Assembly: GCF_046119375.1 (NCBI RefSeq)
Contig: NW_027362764.1
Coordinates: forward strand, 422,964,001-423,028,000
Origin: Phyllobates terribilis
Taxonomy: Eukaryota
Direction: 5' to 3'
DNA length: 64,000 nucleotides
Shown: one piece after another, positions 28,809-42,879 of the stretch
How positions within the stretch are numbered: position 1 is the first letter of the stretch
How the letters are laid out: each line of letters begins with the position of its first letter
The notes under the pieces: generated by a model
Told to the model about the DNA's origin: nothing
The model's database searches: none
The model's input: the letters and a program-made list of their open reading frames with translations, nothing else
Program-made: the position numbers and the translations under genes

Positions 28809-28925
28809 TAGTTACATAGGTTGACTAAAGACCATGGTCCATCAAGTTCAACCTTTCTTCACCAATGATAAATTCTTTATCACTAAATGATCTATAACCC
28901 ACAATGCCATTTATGCTGAGGATCC
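28809..28925 (-). mobile_element. CR1-like LINE 3' tail fragment
   Basis: (gttacata) tail followed by ggttgactaaagaccatggtccatcaagttcaacc, recalled as a frog CR1 3' end. Confidence 0.6.
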
Positions 28926-29476
28926 AGCTCTTTTGAATTCTTCAGAGTTCAGTATAGAGATAATGTAAAAAAATACAAGTATATTTTATTGTGCAGAACT
29001 AGAGAAGTTGAAGATTTAGGCTACGTCCACTTGGGTAAGATATGCTTTGGATTTTCCATTGTGGATATTCCGCGTTGCTGGTGATGAAGGGCAACTCCAG
29101 GTACACACAAGAAGGGAAGGTTATCCGTTTTTTTATTGTCATTTTGAAGTAACTTACTTCTTCTTCAGGACAAAAACGAAATGCATGCTAACATTAGCAG
29201 CGCGGAATATCCACAATTTTTCCTTCCTTCAAGTTTGGATCTGGTCCTAGGACCCGTGGACCTGCAGTAGCTGGGATTACATGAGTTTTCTATAATAGAA
29301 CTTGAATAGGGAAAAAATCTGCCCCAAATTTAGACTATATCCAGACTTATGACATAAACTTCCCCTTGGAAATTGTGAACTCTGCACTAAAAATCCACAG
29401 CTTTAATTGACAAACTGTGGATTTTCAAGATGTTCTGAAGATAAGATCGGTATGACCCTGAAATGCGGATGAGTAA

Positions 29477-30316
29477 GGCTATGTGCCCACGATGCAGAAA
29501 TGAAGCCGAAAATTTCTGCAGCATTTCTGCATCTCCCTGGCAGAAAAAACGCATGCAGATTGTGCATGCGTTTTTCCTGCAGAATACATGCGGATCCACA
29601 TGCGGATTCACATGCGTTTCCGCATGCAGATTGACAAGCGCTTTCCAGGCGATAGCATCACTTGGAAAGTGCTTGACAACTAGGTCACACTATATAAATC
29701 CATGCAAACAGCATGGATTTATACAGTGTGAACCGTAAAAATTAAAACAAATAAAGCTATACTCACCCCCGATGTCTCGGCGTGGCTGCAGCGCTGCTTC
29801 CTGGCTGGTTCCTGGATGCCAGCATATCGCGAGACAGAGCGGTGAAGGGCCTGCGGTCACATGACTGTGACGTCACCACAGGTCCTCAAGCGATGCCGGC
29901 ATTCAGAGAGAAGCCTTCGGAAAGGTGAGTATAAACTTTATTTGTTATTTTATTCTTTTTTTCACAGGTACAATGGTACCCAGGTCTGGATGAGAGTCTC
30001 CTCTCCTCCAGAACTGGGTACCATCCGCACATAGAGACGCATAGAAGCCGCTTGTACAAATGTACAGTCACGGTTTCTATGCGTCTCAATGCAAGTCAAT
30101 GGCGGGAGTTCCGCTGCGCTTCCGCAAAATTAAATGACATGCTGCGGATTTTTGTACGCAGCGTAAACGCTGCGGAAAAATCCGCAGCATGTGCATAGAA
30201 CATGCGGAATCCCCTTGGGGACCATGGGGTGCGGATTACCTAGCGTTTCACAAGCGTTTACGCTGCGGAAATTCCATAGCATAAACGCTTGAAAAACGCT
30301 CCGTGGGCACCCAGCC
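29477..30316. mobile_element. PIF/Harbinger-like MITE
   Basis: TAA TSD; TIR ggctatgtgcccacg / ccgtgggcacccagcc; internal palindromes. Confidence 0.75.
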
Positions 30317-30600
30317 TAATAGAAGGTTTCAACTGTTTCAAAGAAAACCAGGTTTGGTGTACTTTCCTCCACCAAACATTTTTACACATGTTCCACTCAT
30401 TGGCCTTATTAACCACTTCTAGAAAGCTAAAGCCAATAACTACAACTCGAGAAATGAGGTATGCTTCTTTACGATCCTCTTAAGCAGAATGTATTTCCAT
30501 CGGTTGCCAGTATCTGTGTCTTATGGTGCTAAGGTTGTCCTTTGATGGACAGCCATTTAGTTATAGCACGTGAATATGGAACCATCCCTTTTCCTAATGA

Positions 30601-30759
<159 letters not shown>

Positions 30760-31282
30760 TGAATATCATTACTTGATACCTCTCTGTTTGCAAATGCATA
30801 TGTTTTATGTGTAATATATTATTACTCCTATTTATAACTAAATGCAAGGGAATGTTTGAAAGATTACTCCCCATGTCCATTTCATAGTCCAAGATGAAGA
30901 ATAGTTTTCCTAAGGTTTGTTGTGTGATTCCATATTTTCATTTCTGTGTTTGTCCAGGCAGAGAGCATTGTATCGTTGTATTATTGAGGTTCGCTTATTA
31001 GTAGCAGTAAAAAAAATCCAGATGTATTTCAAATTACACTATTTGTGCCACTTTGAAACCTAGGGCAACTTTACGGTGTCGGTCTAATATGATCAGAGTC
31101 CAAACCCTGTTCTGAGTCTTCACAATTCCCTGCCAGTTTCTGCACTTCCTGCTCCAGGTAAGACACCAGAACATGGGCATGTGATGACTTGAAAGTGTCC
31201 GTCAGGACATCACTGCCAAAGCAAGAAATGCAAAGACCGACGGGGACTGGGAAGTGTCAGAACAGGAGTGACAGGATCTGCA

Positions 31283-31628
31283 AGGGTATGTGCAGACGTT
31301 AAGTATTTGCTGCAAACAATTCTGCTGCAAATACTGGAGTGTTGGCAGGAAAAATGCAGCATAAAATAAGCGTGATTTTTATACGTTTTTTACACTTTTT
31401 TGCATGTGTTTTTGATGCATTTTTCCCAGTCATTAGAATAGGTGAAAAACGCCGAAAGGACTGACATGCTACAGATTTGAAATTGGAAAACATAAGCAAC
31501 GTGTGCATGGTACTTCAGGAATCTCATTCAGTTTGCTGGTAATAGGAAATTCTTCAATTTTTTAGACGAAACTGTGTGGAAAAAGTGCAACAAAAATGCA
31601 GCAAATACTTAACGTGTACACATACCCT
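31283..31628. mobile_element. PIF/Harbinger-like MITE
   Basis: TIR of about 32 bp, agggtatgtgcagacgttaagtatttgctgca. Confidence 0.8.
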
Positions 31629-31725
31629 AAGGTGGTTATTACTACCTTTTGTTATTATCTGCCATTAAAAGCCTTTTTTTAAAAAAAAAATGTGACAACC
31701 CCTTCAACTTTACAGGTATAGAATA

Positions 31726-33238
31726 CACAGTGTGCAGAATTATCAGGCAAATTAGTATTTTGATCACTTCGATACTTTTTATACATGGTTGTCCTACTCC
31801 AAGCTGCATAGGCTTGAGAGCCAACTATCAATTAAGTAAATCTGGTGATGTGCATCTTTGTAATGAAGAGGGGTGTTGACTAATGACATCAACACCCTAT
31901 ATAAGGTGTGCTTAATTATTAGGCAACTTCCTTTCCTTTGGCAAAATGGGTCAGAAGAGAGATTTGACGGGCTCTGAAAAGTCCAAAATTGTGAGATGTC
32001 TTGCAGAGGGATGCAGCAATCTTGAAATTTCCAAACTTTTGAAGCGTGATCACCGAAAAATCAAGTGTTTCATGGCAAATAGCCAACAGGGTTGCAAGAA
32101 GCGTATTGGCCAAAAAAGGCGCAAAATAACTGCCCATGAATTGAGGAAAATCAAGCGTGAAGTTGCCAAGATGCCATTCGCCACCAGTTTTGCCATATTT
32201 CAGAGATGCAACGTTACCGGAGTATCAAAAAGCACAAGGTGTGCGATACTCAGGGACATGGCCAAGGTAAGGAAGGCTGAAAAACGACCACCTTTGAACA
32301 AGAAATATAAGATAAAACATCAAGAATGGGCCAAGAAATATCTTAAGACTGATTTTTCAAAGGTTTTATGGACTGATGAAATGAGGGTTACTCTTGATGG
32401 GCCAGATGGATGGGCCAGAGGCTGGATCAGTAAAGGGCAGAGAGCTCCACTCCGACTCAGACGCCAGCAAGGTGGAGGTGTGAGGTACTGGTATGGGCTG
32501 GTATCATCAAAGATGAACTTGTTTCGGGTTGAGGATGGAGTGAAGCTCAACTCCCAGACCTACTGCCAGTTTCTGGAAGACAACTTCTTCAAGCAGTGGT
32601 ACAGGAAGAAGTCGGTATTGTTCAAGAAAAACATGATTTTCATGTAGGACAATGCTCAATCACATGCATCCAACTACTGGCCAGTAAAGGTCTAACAGAA
32701 GAAAAAATAATGACATGGCCCCCTTGTTCACCTGATCTGAACCCCATAGAGAACCTGTGGTCCATCATAAAATGTGAGATCTACAGGGAGGGAAAACAGT
32801 ACACCTCTCGGAACAGTGTCTGGGAGGCTGTGGTGGCTGCTGCACGCAATGTTGATCGAAAACAGATCAAGCAACTGTCAGAATCTATGGATGGATGGCT
32901 GTTGAGTGTCATCATAAAGAAAGGTGGCTATATTGATCACTAATTTTTTGGGTTTTTGTTTTTGCATGTCAGAAATGTTTATTTCTAAATTTTGTGCACT
33001 GATATTTGTTTACCTGGTGAAAATAAACAAATGAGATTGGATTATATTTGGTTTTTATTAAGTTGCCTAATAATTCTGCACAGTAAGATAGCCAAATCTA
33101 AAAAAAACCCACTCCAACTTCCAAAAATATTAAGCTTGGATATTTATGAGTCTTTTGGGTTGATTGAGAACATAGTTGTTGATCAATAATAAAATAATCC
33201 TCTAAAATACAACTTGCCTAATAATTCTGCACACAGTG
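31726..33238 (+). mobile_element. Tc1-superfamily transposon, probable DD37E/TRT type, defective
   Basis: TA TSD; TIR tgtgcagaattat(c/t)aggcaa; WTDEMRVTLDGPDG and TWPPCSPDLNPIE. A stop and a small frameshifting deletion lie at the second D, so the spacing is inferred, not counted. Confidence 0.8.
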
Positions 33239-33347
33239 TATATATATATACTGTCATTGCTTTGTGCCACCTAAGTGCAAGGCCGACAGTGTTTGCAGCA
33301 ATAATAAGGATAGCTGAATAAATTATTTTTTCTTCTACTTCTTCTAG

Positions 33348-33608
<261 letters not shown>

Positions 33609-33749
33609 TGAAACGAAGACTGCAGAGACTGAGACTACAGACTTTTGTGTAACTTTTGTGTAACATGTAACAGCCAGAGGTCGCACTACATATTTCACAA
33701 CAGGGTAAAAATCTAAACATTTTCAAAACGTCTCGATTTATACAGTATC

Positions 33750-34850
33750 ACGTTTGAGCGGCTTGTGCAGATATACACGTGCTTACAATCCTTGGCTGCT
33801 ATTAATGAGGTTATTAATGTTTGTCTGTGGAATGTTCTGCCACGGTGAATGATCTTGGGCAAGTAAATCATCAAGATCTGCTGCTGGCAGCTCCCTTTGT
33901 AATTGCTGACCATTGATGTCTCAGATGTGCTCAATGGGAAGTGCAGAGGCGCTGCAGGCCATGGTAGCACTTATAGGCCATGCAGGCTGCTCACAGTAAG
34001 ACAAGCAATACCCTGGCATTGTTGTTTTGAGAAACGGCCGTAGCACTGGTTCCACAACCAAATTAATGTAACAATGAACAGCAGGGCTCTGGAGTTGGAG
34101 CCCATTTTGGTGGAGTCGGTATAAAATGGACCAAAATATATAATAAATTGGGTACAGTAGTTCAATGCAGTTTGTGGGGAATATTTTTTCATAAGAATTT
34201 GGGAAAGTTATGAAATGTGCTATAAATGTCTGTCCTATTCCTGATCTAAGGGTCTATACTTTTAGCTAAGATGAATCTGTGCTACAGTAAATTTATCACT
34301 TAAATATGAGCCATGTATGAGGGAGTCGGTGTCATGGATATTGAGGAGTCTGAGTTGGAATCGGAGGTTTTGCTTACCGATCCACAGCCCTGCAGAGCAG
34401 TTAGTGTACATGATCAGAGGGGTCTGACTGTTCCCTTGTGAAGGCCTCTTCATGGCATTGCACATGTGGTCTCCAGACTAATCTTCAGCTATCATTACTT
34501 CGAAGGATAAAGTGTGACTCGCTGTTGAAGAGGATAGACCTCCATTCCAGCCTCCATTGTTGTCTAACCCCACATCATGATAGCCTTTGAGAGAGTGGCT
34601 TGAGGTCAATAGAACACCTGTACCTGGACATCTGGGTTGTAGCCCAGTGTCATGCAAATATCTTCTGGTGGATTGTGCAGACACTGTTTGCCTTAGGTTT
34701 TTTTGTGACGTCCAATTTCACTTGCAGTACAGAATGGATCAATCGTGGAACCAGTGGTACGGCTATTTCTCCAGAGTGTCTCACAGTTGCTCATCCATGC
34801 TAAATCCATGACTGTCAATGTTAAGGAGTATGGATATTTACAGAATATTA
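33750..34850 (-). mobile_element. Old, heavily degraded Tc1-like remnant
   Basis: Minus-strand fragments LPWPAA, gtggaaccagtgctacggccgttt and RRYLHDTGLQPRCP; no clear TIRs. Confidence 0.55.
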
Positions 34851-36616
34851 ACATATTCAGAAAAATCTCACTGTAGCACAAGTCCTTATAGAAGTGGAGT
34901 GCAGGCCTCTTGCTAAAACCACCACTGTATAGCTCAAAAAGGCAGTAGCACTCCAAGGCAGCACGTTCAGGGAAAGAAAAGTAGATATTAAATCATTTAT
35001 GCAAAAGTTTGGCTCTATATACTGAGTATCCACTTGAATGGGTAAAATTGGAATTTACTTGTAGAAACAAGCATCTTTGAAATTTACCTCTTATTAAAAA
35101 TCCCCTCCTCCTTTTTTAATAACGGGGGGATTTTTAATTCTGTAGCCTACAGCTCGGTGCCTAGTTTGCCAGCCATTTCCGAGCTGCTGGTTTCTTAGAC
35201 ACTGAGTGCTTGCTTGTAAGCTGTTTTGCTGTATATCTTGAGGGCAATTCTCAGCTGGTCGGATAGCAGGATCTTGCAGCTTTAGTGTCCCTGCACTGTT
35301 TCAGTGCTGCAGCTGTAAAGAGTTGACGAGCAGGCAGTTTGGACCAGCAGCTCAGCCTTGCTGCAGGTCTGAACTGGCTATCTTTACGAGCACATTTCCT
35401 CCCCTGCAAGCAGTAAGTGAAGGAGCAGTGCGCTCCTAAAATGGGTACTTGAGACTAGCCCTTTATGACAACTAAAGTAAATAAATGATAGTGTTACTCA
35501 GCAATAATGAAGTGGGGGGTGGAGGGGGGATGGGGGTGGAGGGGGTCAGAGGCCGCACATATATGATTTACTCAGGATCTTGTGAAGACAGTGGAGACCT
35601 CTGACTCTTGTACTGCTGACAGATGGCAGCACATAGGATAACTCCTGGTTAGAGAAGATTTCATGGATGGTTAGGGACATCTTTATATGTTTCCACAACC
35701 TCCAGGTCCCTAATAAATTATTTGACTCTCTCTCGGGGATTGATGCTGTTTGTTGAAAGATGGGTTAAATGGAAAGAGAATAATTTCCTCATCATTTCCA
35801 ACAGTCTGAGCATTGTTATAAGCGAGAAAGATGTATTGCATGTAAGACAAGCTAATAATCAGCGAACAAGCTTTTGTAGGAACACTCGTTCACGATGATC
35901 TGCCCAATTATACATGCCAAGCATCACTTGTCAGGTGATTAGATCATTGATGTTGGCATAGAAATCTTCATTATCAGCAGTACATATCCCATGTAAATAG
36001 ATGTGCTGCCGATAACATGATGCTGTTCGAGGGCAGAAAAATCCTATTAACAATTGTTCTGTTCCCATTATTGTTCATCAGCCTGTCCAAAAAGGCTGGT
36101 AAACGAGCGCTGAAGGATTTGTATATCGTCAATCTGCGCTCATTACTTGCCTGAAATTGGCCCGGAAATATATGAGTGTGCTCACTTCACAGCAAAAAAA
36201 AGCAGCACAGAGATAACTGATAAAGAGCTGGCACTCAGTGGAAAACGCTCACAAGGAGTGTCTCCTCCCCAGTACGTGCAGCCCCCATCCTTATTGAAAT
36301 GGACACCATACTAGTCACCCCCTCACCGATCACCCCTTCTTTGTGACATAATAGATTTATATTACCCAGAGTGAGTGACTTCCAAACCCATTCTCTGCGG
36401 TCACCCGCACTATTGCTGCTAGTAAGTCTGCTAGGACACAGGAATCCTGCCATTCAGTGCTGCAGACCGCTCCACTGTGCAGTGCATCCTTCAGGTTCTT
36501 CCTCCTTAATGGCAGGGCTTACAGCCTTAATGGCAGGGCTTACAGCCTTAATGGCAGAGCTTTGCTTTCTCTCTTCTGTTCAGCATTGTCTCACACTTAT
36601 GTCTGGAATGACTTTT

Positions 36617-36800
36617 AGGCCTCTTTCACACATCCGTATTTTTTGATCAGTATTTCGTCAGTATTTGTATAAACCAGTTGTGTCTCCAAAACACAGAACA
36701 GGTGTCAATCTTTCAATTTTAGTTTTTTCTCTGTAAGTTCCATTCCTGGCTTTGGCATACATACACTGATGCGAAATACTGGCGTGCGAATAAGGCCTTA
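36617..36800. mobile_element. Short Harbinger-like MITE
   Basis: taggcctctttcacacatccgtatt ... aatactggcgtgcgaataaggcctta. Confidence 0.55.
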
Positions 36801-38009
36801 AACTTACAAATGCATTTTGGAGGCGTTATTGTGACCTCTGGGTGTGGTATATATGAGGAAGGTAAAGCACAACAAAAATGCAGCGTTAATATGCCCTAAA
36901 CGTATCTGTTGGCTGTCAGGTAGTAAACCCAGTGGGCAGAACAGGCTGCTGAATCACTGCTGAAAAGGCCGGCTGGAGTAGGCGCTTCCTGACCTGACAA
37001 GCCCAGCTTTGTTTTGTTACTCACCGTCATAGTGAGATGCAGGTGGAAAGTCAGGTGAGATGAGCGTCACGGGGAACATCCCTGCACGCCTCTGCCTCGT
37101 TGCAATCACACTAACCTTTCCTTTTTAGCTCTATAGACTTTGTGTATTCGTTGTAGCAGTTTTATATGTTACTCTTTAGATACCTTAGAAAGAAACATTT
37201 TACTGATCAACATCTGACCTGTGTTTCTTTTTGAAGACATCATCAGAAATAATGAAAGAGTTTACTGAACATACACATGTCTGGCATATGGATACAAACT
37301 TGCTAAAGTTTCTGATCCTTGGGAGTCTTGAATGTAGGGCCATCTTCCACCCGGTTCCTGTGTGGAATAGATGTGACCACACATGATGTAGTGGCTGAGA
37401 GATACAGAAAAACAAGTACCCTGTCTGCATATTTCACATAGGCAATAATAGAGAGCGATCATGCATGTGCCGAGATCTTTCCAAAGCAAATATGGCAAAT
37501 GGCATATTAGATATAAGGTTTCGTAATGAGATGGATTCAAGAGCCGCCAATAATGTGGTAGACTGATTACAGCAAGTATCCTATCTGTACAGGGGAATGG
37601 CATGGCGTGACTGCAGCTCTGTGCTGTCATCACTGTGCCAATCCAGCTTTGTGCTGAGCAACAGTCACGTCAGGCAGTCTGGTTACTAGGGACACGCTGA
37701 CTAACAAGCCGAATAAAATAGCTGAGCCATCCGCTGTCCTTACTGCCATACTAAGGATCTGCCTTTATGCTGAGCTTAAGAACATTTCCTTGTTTTCCCT
37801 AGAAATGAGAATCACTGACTTCAGTTTGTCCCCCATCCCTCCTAAACCACCACCATAATGTTATATACGCCTATTCCAGGGTTAGAAGAAAGCCCTTTAT
37901 GTGCCATACACTCACATCTAAGTCTGAAAAATCAAGCTATAAATCCATCTCACGGTATTGAAACTATTTAGGACTAGTCCTGCTTCGGATCCTAAAAAAC
38001 AAAACCTAA

Positions 38010-38640
38010 GGCAGAAACAAAATGAACATATACCCTGCTGTAAGTAAGTAAGTAAAAGCAATAGTGCATGTAAATGACATAGGGGACTTAGTAAACACCG
38101 TTTTCGATAGCCATCCCATCAACTTCAAGGTGTACCCAAATTCAGGATGGTCCTAACCTCTAGTATTAAAACCTTTCCCTACGTCATAGTGACGTCCTGT
38201 GTGAATAAGGGCCGAGCAGGACCGGGTCCCAAACATGGACACACAGCAAATGGTAAGCTATATAAACGTAATGTAAGGAAGGGAGGCCACAGCCTTACCT
38301 TCACTAACTGCAGAACCTAAACCGTAAAAAATGAACTGGATTATAAGTTGGTATGCAAAATATGTATTCAGTTCACATTGACCATTAAACAGAAAAAACT
38401 TAAGATAGAAACAAAATGAATAAATACCCTGCTGTAAGTAAATAAGTAAAAGCAATAGTGCATATAAATAATATTGGGGACTTAGTAAACACCGTTTTTG
38501 ATCAAAAGTAGCGTAGAAGCCATCCCACCAGCGTCAAGGTGTGCCCAAATTCGAGATGGTCCTAACGTCTAATATTAAATCTTACCATGCGTCATAGTGA
38601 CATCCTGTGTGAATAAGGGCTGATCAGGACCGGGCCCCAA
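38010..38640. repeat. Unclassified direct duplication (block of about 230 bp, period about 394 bp)
   Basis: agaaacaaaatgaa...gaataagggc...ggaccggg starting at 38013 and 38407. Confidence 0.85.
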
Positions 38641-39154
38641 GAGTACCCATCAAAATGCTTCGGATCATGTAATCACACACAGGCAAGGTCACCATCCGGG
38701 CCCTGCAACTCTCGTGCATGAGCACGACGTTCTGCCCTCCTGGCCATGCGCAATGAATCTGGGTGTACGCTCCTTGGTTTCATTGGTACTCTGCTCATGC
38801 CCAGAGGGGCATTACTGAAACTGATCTTGCTTCACTGCTTTATGAAAGCGGGATCAGCATCACTATTGATAATAGTATTATTGTGTTATGATAATAATTC
38901 CAGTAGCCAGAAAGGATAGCCATTGCAGAAAATGGCTTCTACCCTGTGTTGCATTCTAGATAAATGGTTACGGTGAAATCCTATATAGGAGGAATCACAT
39001 TCACTTTACAGCAGAAACGTAAATGGCACACCTATAATGTAATGCGTTACTATGGCCACCACATTATTTGGCAGGACTGTCTATAATTAAGGGTTTGTAT
39101 TGGTTGTACTATGAAACTGACTGACCAGACTTCAGTGATGCGTGTCCTGCCTAA

Positions 39155-39351
39155 GGACGCAGTCAGACGGCCGTATAATCTGGACTGTGATCGGACCGCT
39201 GTGCTCGGACTGACTGCGGCTCTCCTGACCTGAGCGTGACAGCTGCATAGAAATATATGAGGCTGTCACACTCGGGTAGGGAGAGCCACTGGCCAGTCCA
39301 TGCATTGTGGTCTGATCTCAGTCCGATTTATACGGCCGTCTGACTGCGACC
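39155..39351. mobile_element. PIF/Harbinger-like MITE
   Basis: TAA/TTA flanks; TIR cgcagtcagacggccgtata. Confidence 0.8.
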
Positions 39352-39676
39352 TTAGAATGGCTGCTTTCTCCAGAAATGCCGCCACCTTGTCTATAGGCTG
39401 TTCTTGGTATTGCAACTCACTACTATTCAAGAAAAAAGAGTGAGCTGCAATACCAGATGCAGCCTATGGACAAGAGTTTCTACAAAATAGTAGTCATATT
39501 TTTCTATATTTATTACCACTATTTTTATGTGTTACTGCTACTTCCAGCACAGAAGAATAGGTCGGGCAAAGGCAGGGAATACAAAAATATCTGTTTGGGC
39601 TGTTCCAAATTAGATTAAAGCACGTCCTATAAAACTATTTCAAAGTCTTGAAAGATATAAGATTTAGGTGATTTAA

Positions 39677-39835
<159 letters not shown>

Positions 39836-41019
39836 TGAAATGATATGGTATCTTTACATCCGCAAAAGTTATGTACTATTAAATAATTCTAGACTTAGTC
39901 AAAGTTTATTACACCCTTTTCTAAGGCCTTATCCACATTTCCATGCTTAAACACGTACATGCAAAATGGTACGGGTGTCAACAGTGTTTTGGATCAGTGT
40001 CATCCATGTTTGGTCCTTGTGTCCATTTTTACCATCAGTGGTTTTCACGGATGGGTAAATTCCAAAGCTTCTATACTTTTCAGTGTTAAATACGTACTGC
40101 ACACGGATTGTACACTGATGCCGTCCATGTGCTGTTCGTGTTTTTCACGGACCCATAGACTTGTATTAGCTCTGTGGAACTTATTATTATTCAAAAATCT
40201 ATTGATTAAAATGTTGATTAAAATTAACTTTATTCGTGGTAAAACCCTTTTAAAGGAAACATATACTTTCAAAAGTATTTTATTACTCAATTGCTTCGAA
40301 AATTGTGTCTGACAAATTTGCAGACCTAGATGTCGGCTCTCGGGGGAGAGTCTTCGCACCCTCATACATATTACACTGTAAGCCAGTCCCATCAAAATTA
40401 GTGGGTTTGGCCATCTTTTGTCTAATATTTATGGCCACCTATATTCGTCCTACATGTGCCAACGCTTCTCCAGTCTGTATGTAAATATGATCTAGGGAGT
40501 CAGAGAAGTGCATGACTATAGAATTAGGCTACACAAGGCTTGTTCGTAGACTGTAACCTTTAGGACACAAAGGCCTGTAGTTTACAGAATTGTAAGATTT
40601 GTTTTTTTAATTGGGTGTATTTGCAAATTAGCTTCATTTTTTATTTTAGATCCAGTGGAGAAGCTGATAACAAAGTTGAACCTAGCCTTAAAGTGGTTGT
40701 CCAATACTGAGACAGTCCCTACTCAACTATCATTTTCCCCTATGTAAAATAAAAACAGCCGGTACTCACCTTTGGTGCCAGCGCCTTTCCAGCGATGTTG
40801 ACGCCGGGTCTCCTGGGGCTAGCATGACGTAATGTCACGCGAGCCCTGGAGCCAATTAGCGTCCACTAATGGGCCGCTTTACTCTCACATCCTTCGGATG
40901 TAACTGACATTTGGAGAAATTTAGAGAGCAATGGAAGCTCTCAGTTTTTCTGGATGTTGGTTTCGTTAGAAGTAAATGAGTGAAGCGGTCCATTAGCGTA
41001 CGCTGATTGGCTGCAGGGC

Positions 41020-41674
41020 AAATGCAGAATCAATAGTAAAAAATAAAATAAAATGGTGAAAAATAAAAAAAAACATTATACTCACCTTCCGATGGCCCCC
41101 GGTCTCCTTATCTGGTGTCTTCGGCAGCTCGCGGTGGTGTAAAAGGACCTTCCATGACGTCATTTAGTCATGTGACAGGTCACGCGACCGCCTCAGTCGC
41201 TTGACCTGTCACATGACTAAATGACGTCATTGAAGGTCCTTTTACACCACCGCGAGCCACTGAAGACACCGGACGCACCGTAGAGAAGACCGGGGACCAT
41301 CAGAAGGTGAGTATAATGTTTTTTCTATTTTAATTCTTTTTTAACTACAGGTACTATGGTACCCGGGTCTGGATGAAAGTCTCCTCTTCTCCAGACCCGG
41401 GTACCATCCGCACATTGAATCGCTTAATATCTGCATGTTTACATGTAGTCATGCGGATATTATGCGATTCAGTGCAAGTCAGTGGCGGCAATTACGCCGC
41501 GTTTCTGCAAAATTAATGGACATGCTGCGTATTTTTCCGCAATGATAATCCGCAGCAGAAATTTCCGCAGCATGTACACAGCACATGCGGATTATCATTG
41601 GGGACCATGGGGCACGTATTACCAAGCGTTTTCGCGGCGAAAACGCTTGAAAAACGAATAGTGGGCACGCAGCC
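41020..41674. mobile_element. Left-truncated Harbinger-like MITE related to 29477-30316, with a long fold-back
   Basis: Right TIR gtgggcacgcagcc-TAA; near-perfect hairpin at 41071-41320. Confidence 0.75.
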
Positions 41675-42318
41675 TAAGGGTCGAATAGTCCTTGTTTAAT
41701 TTTAATTTCTTTTTATGTATGTATAAAGATGTTGTCCTCTTTCCAAAACTTTTGCCCTCATGACCATGTAGCTTCTGAAAAAACAAACAAACTGCTTTAT
41801 TTACCTTTCCTGGGTCAACGCTGTGTTTTATGCTGCTGCCCTGGTCTTTGTCATTTGGCTGCAGCGACAACATCTTCTTTCCAGAAGACAGCAGCAGAGC
41901 CACAGCGCTGGACCTAGGGAAGGGAAATAAAGCACAATTTGTTTTTCTAAAGTTAATTGTGCCTGCAGGAAAAAGTTTTCTGAAAGAGGACAACCCCTTT
42001 ATAGTATATTTTGACCTTCAAAGACAAGTAGGCTTAACCTGCAAAAAATAATAATAATAATTAAGCATACTTTTTGAATTCCACTGCAATGTCCAGTAGC
42101 TATAGTTATGTTGTCCAAGTCTATTACATACACAAGCCGATCTAAAGAACATTTTAATTGTAAATCTAATAAACTTTTTTTTTTTCCTTTTTACATCTTG
42201 GACTTTTGTAATAAAGTGAACTTGCCCGATGCTGTCCACACGAAAGACTAGTCAGACAGCCGGGTCCCTGGCTGCTTCTACTGGCCTGCTCCCCCTGAGT
42301 GATCGGTCTCTCCTTATA

Positions 42319-42570
42319 CAGTACAGACCAAAAGTTTGGACACACCTTCTCATTTTATGATTTTTCTGTATTTTCATGACTATAAATTTGAAGAACCTAG
42401 AATATAAGACATATTTTCAGTTGTTTCACACTTTTTTGTTAAGTATATAATTCCACATGTGTTAATTCATAGTTTTGATGCCTTCAGTGTGAATGTACAA
42501 TTTTCATAGTCATGAAAATACAGAAAAATCTATAAATGAGAAGGTGTGTCCAAACTTTTGGTCTGTACTG
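42319..42570. mobile_element. 252-bp internally deleted derivative of the DD38E family
   Basis: TA-cagtacagacc ... ggtctgtactg-TA. Confidence 0.92.
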
Positions 42571-42879
42571 TACATGCCCACAAAGAAAGACCTGTCAATC
42601 ACTGGCAACGGGCGGGGAGAAGCCATCAGGGACCTGCCTGTTCAACTAGCTCCCCATGTGGCTTGGTCCCCTTTGGCTAGTAAACTGTTTTTCTCTGAAA
42701 CGCTGCAACGTTTTAGAGTTAAGCACATGGCTGGAACCATGCAGCCATTGTCTGATACATTCAGCCCATTTCTCTGATTGTTCATTACCCTATGTATAAT
42801 CTTGCAAAATATGTGTAGCATGTACAGTGGGAAAAATAAGTAATGTAGAAAAAATATTTCAGCTCACCTACCCTTTCAT

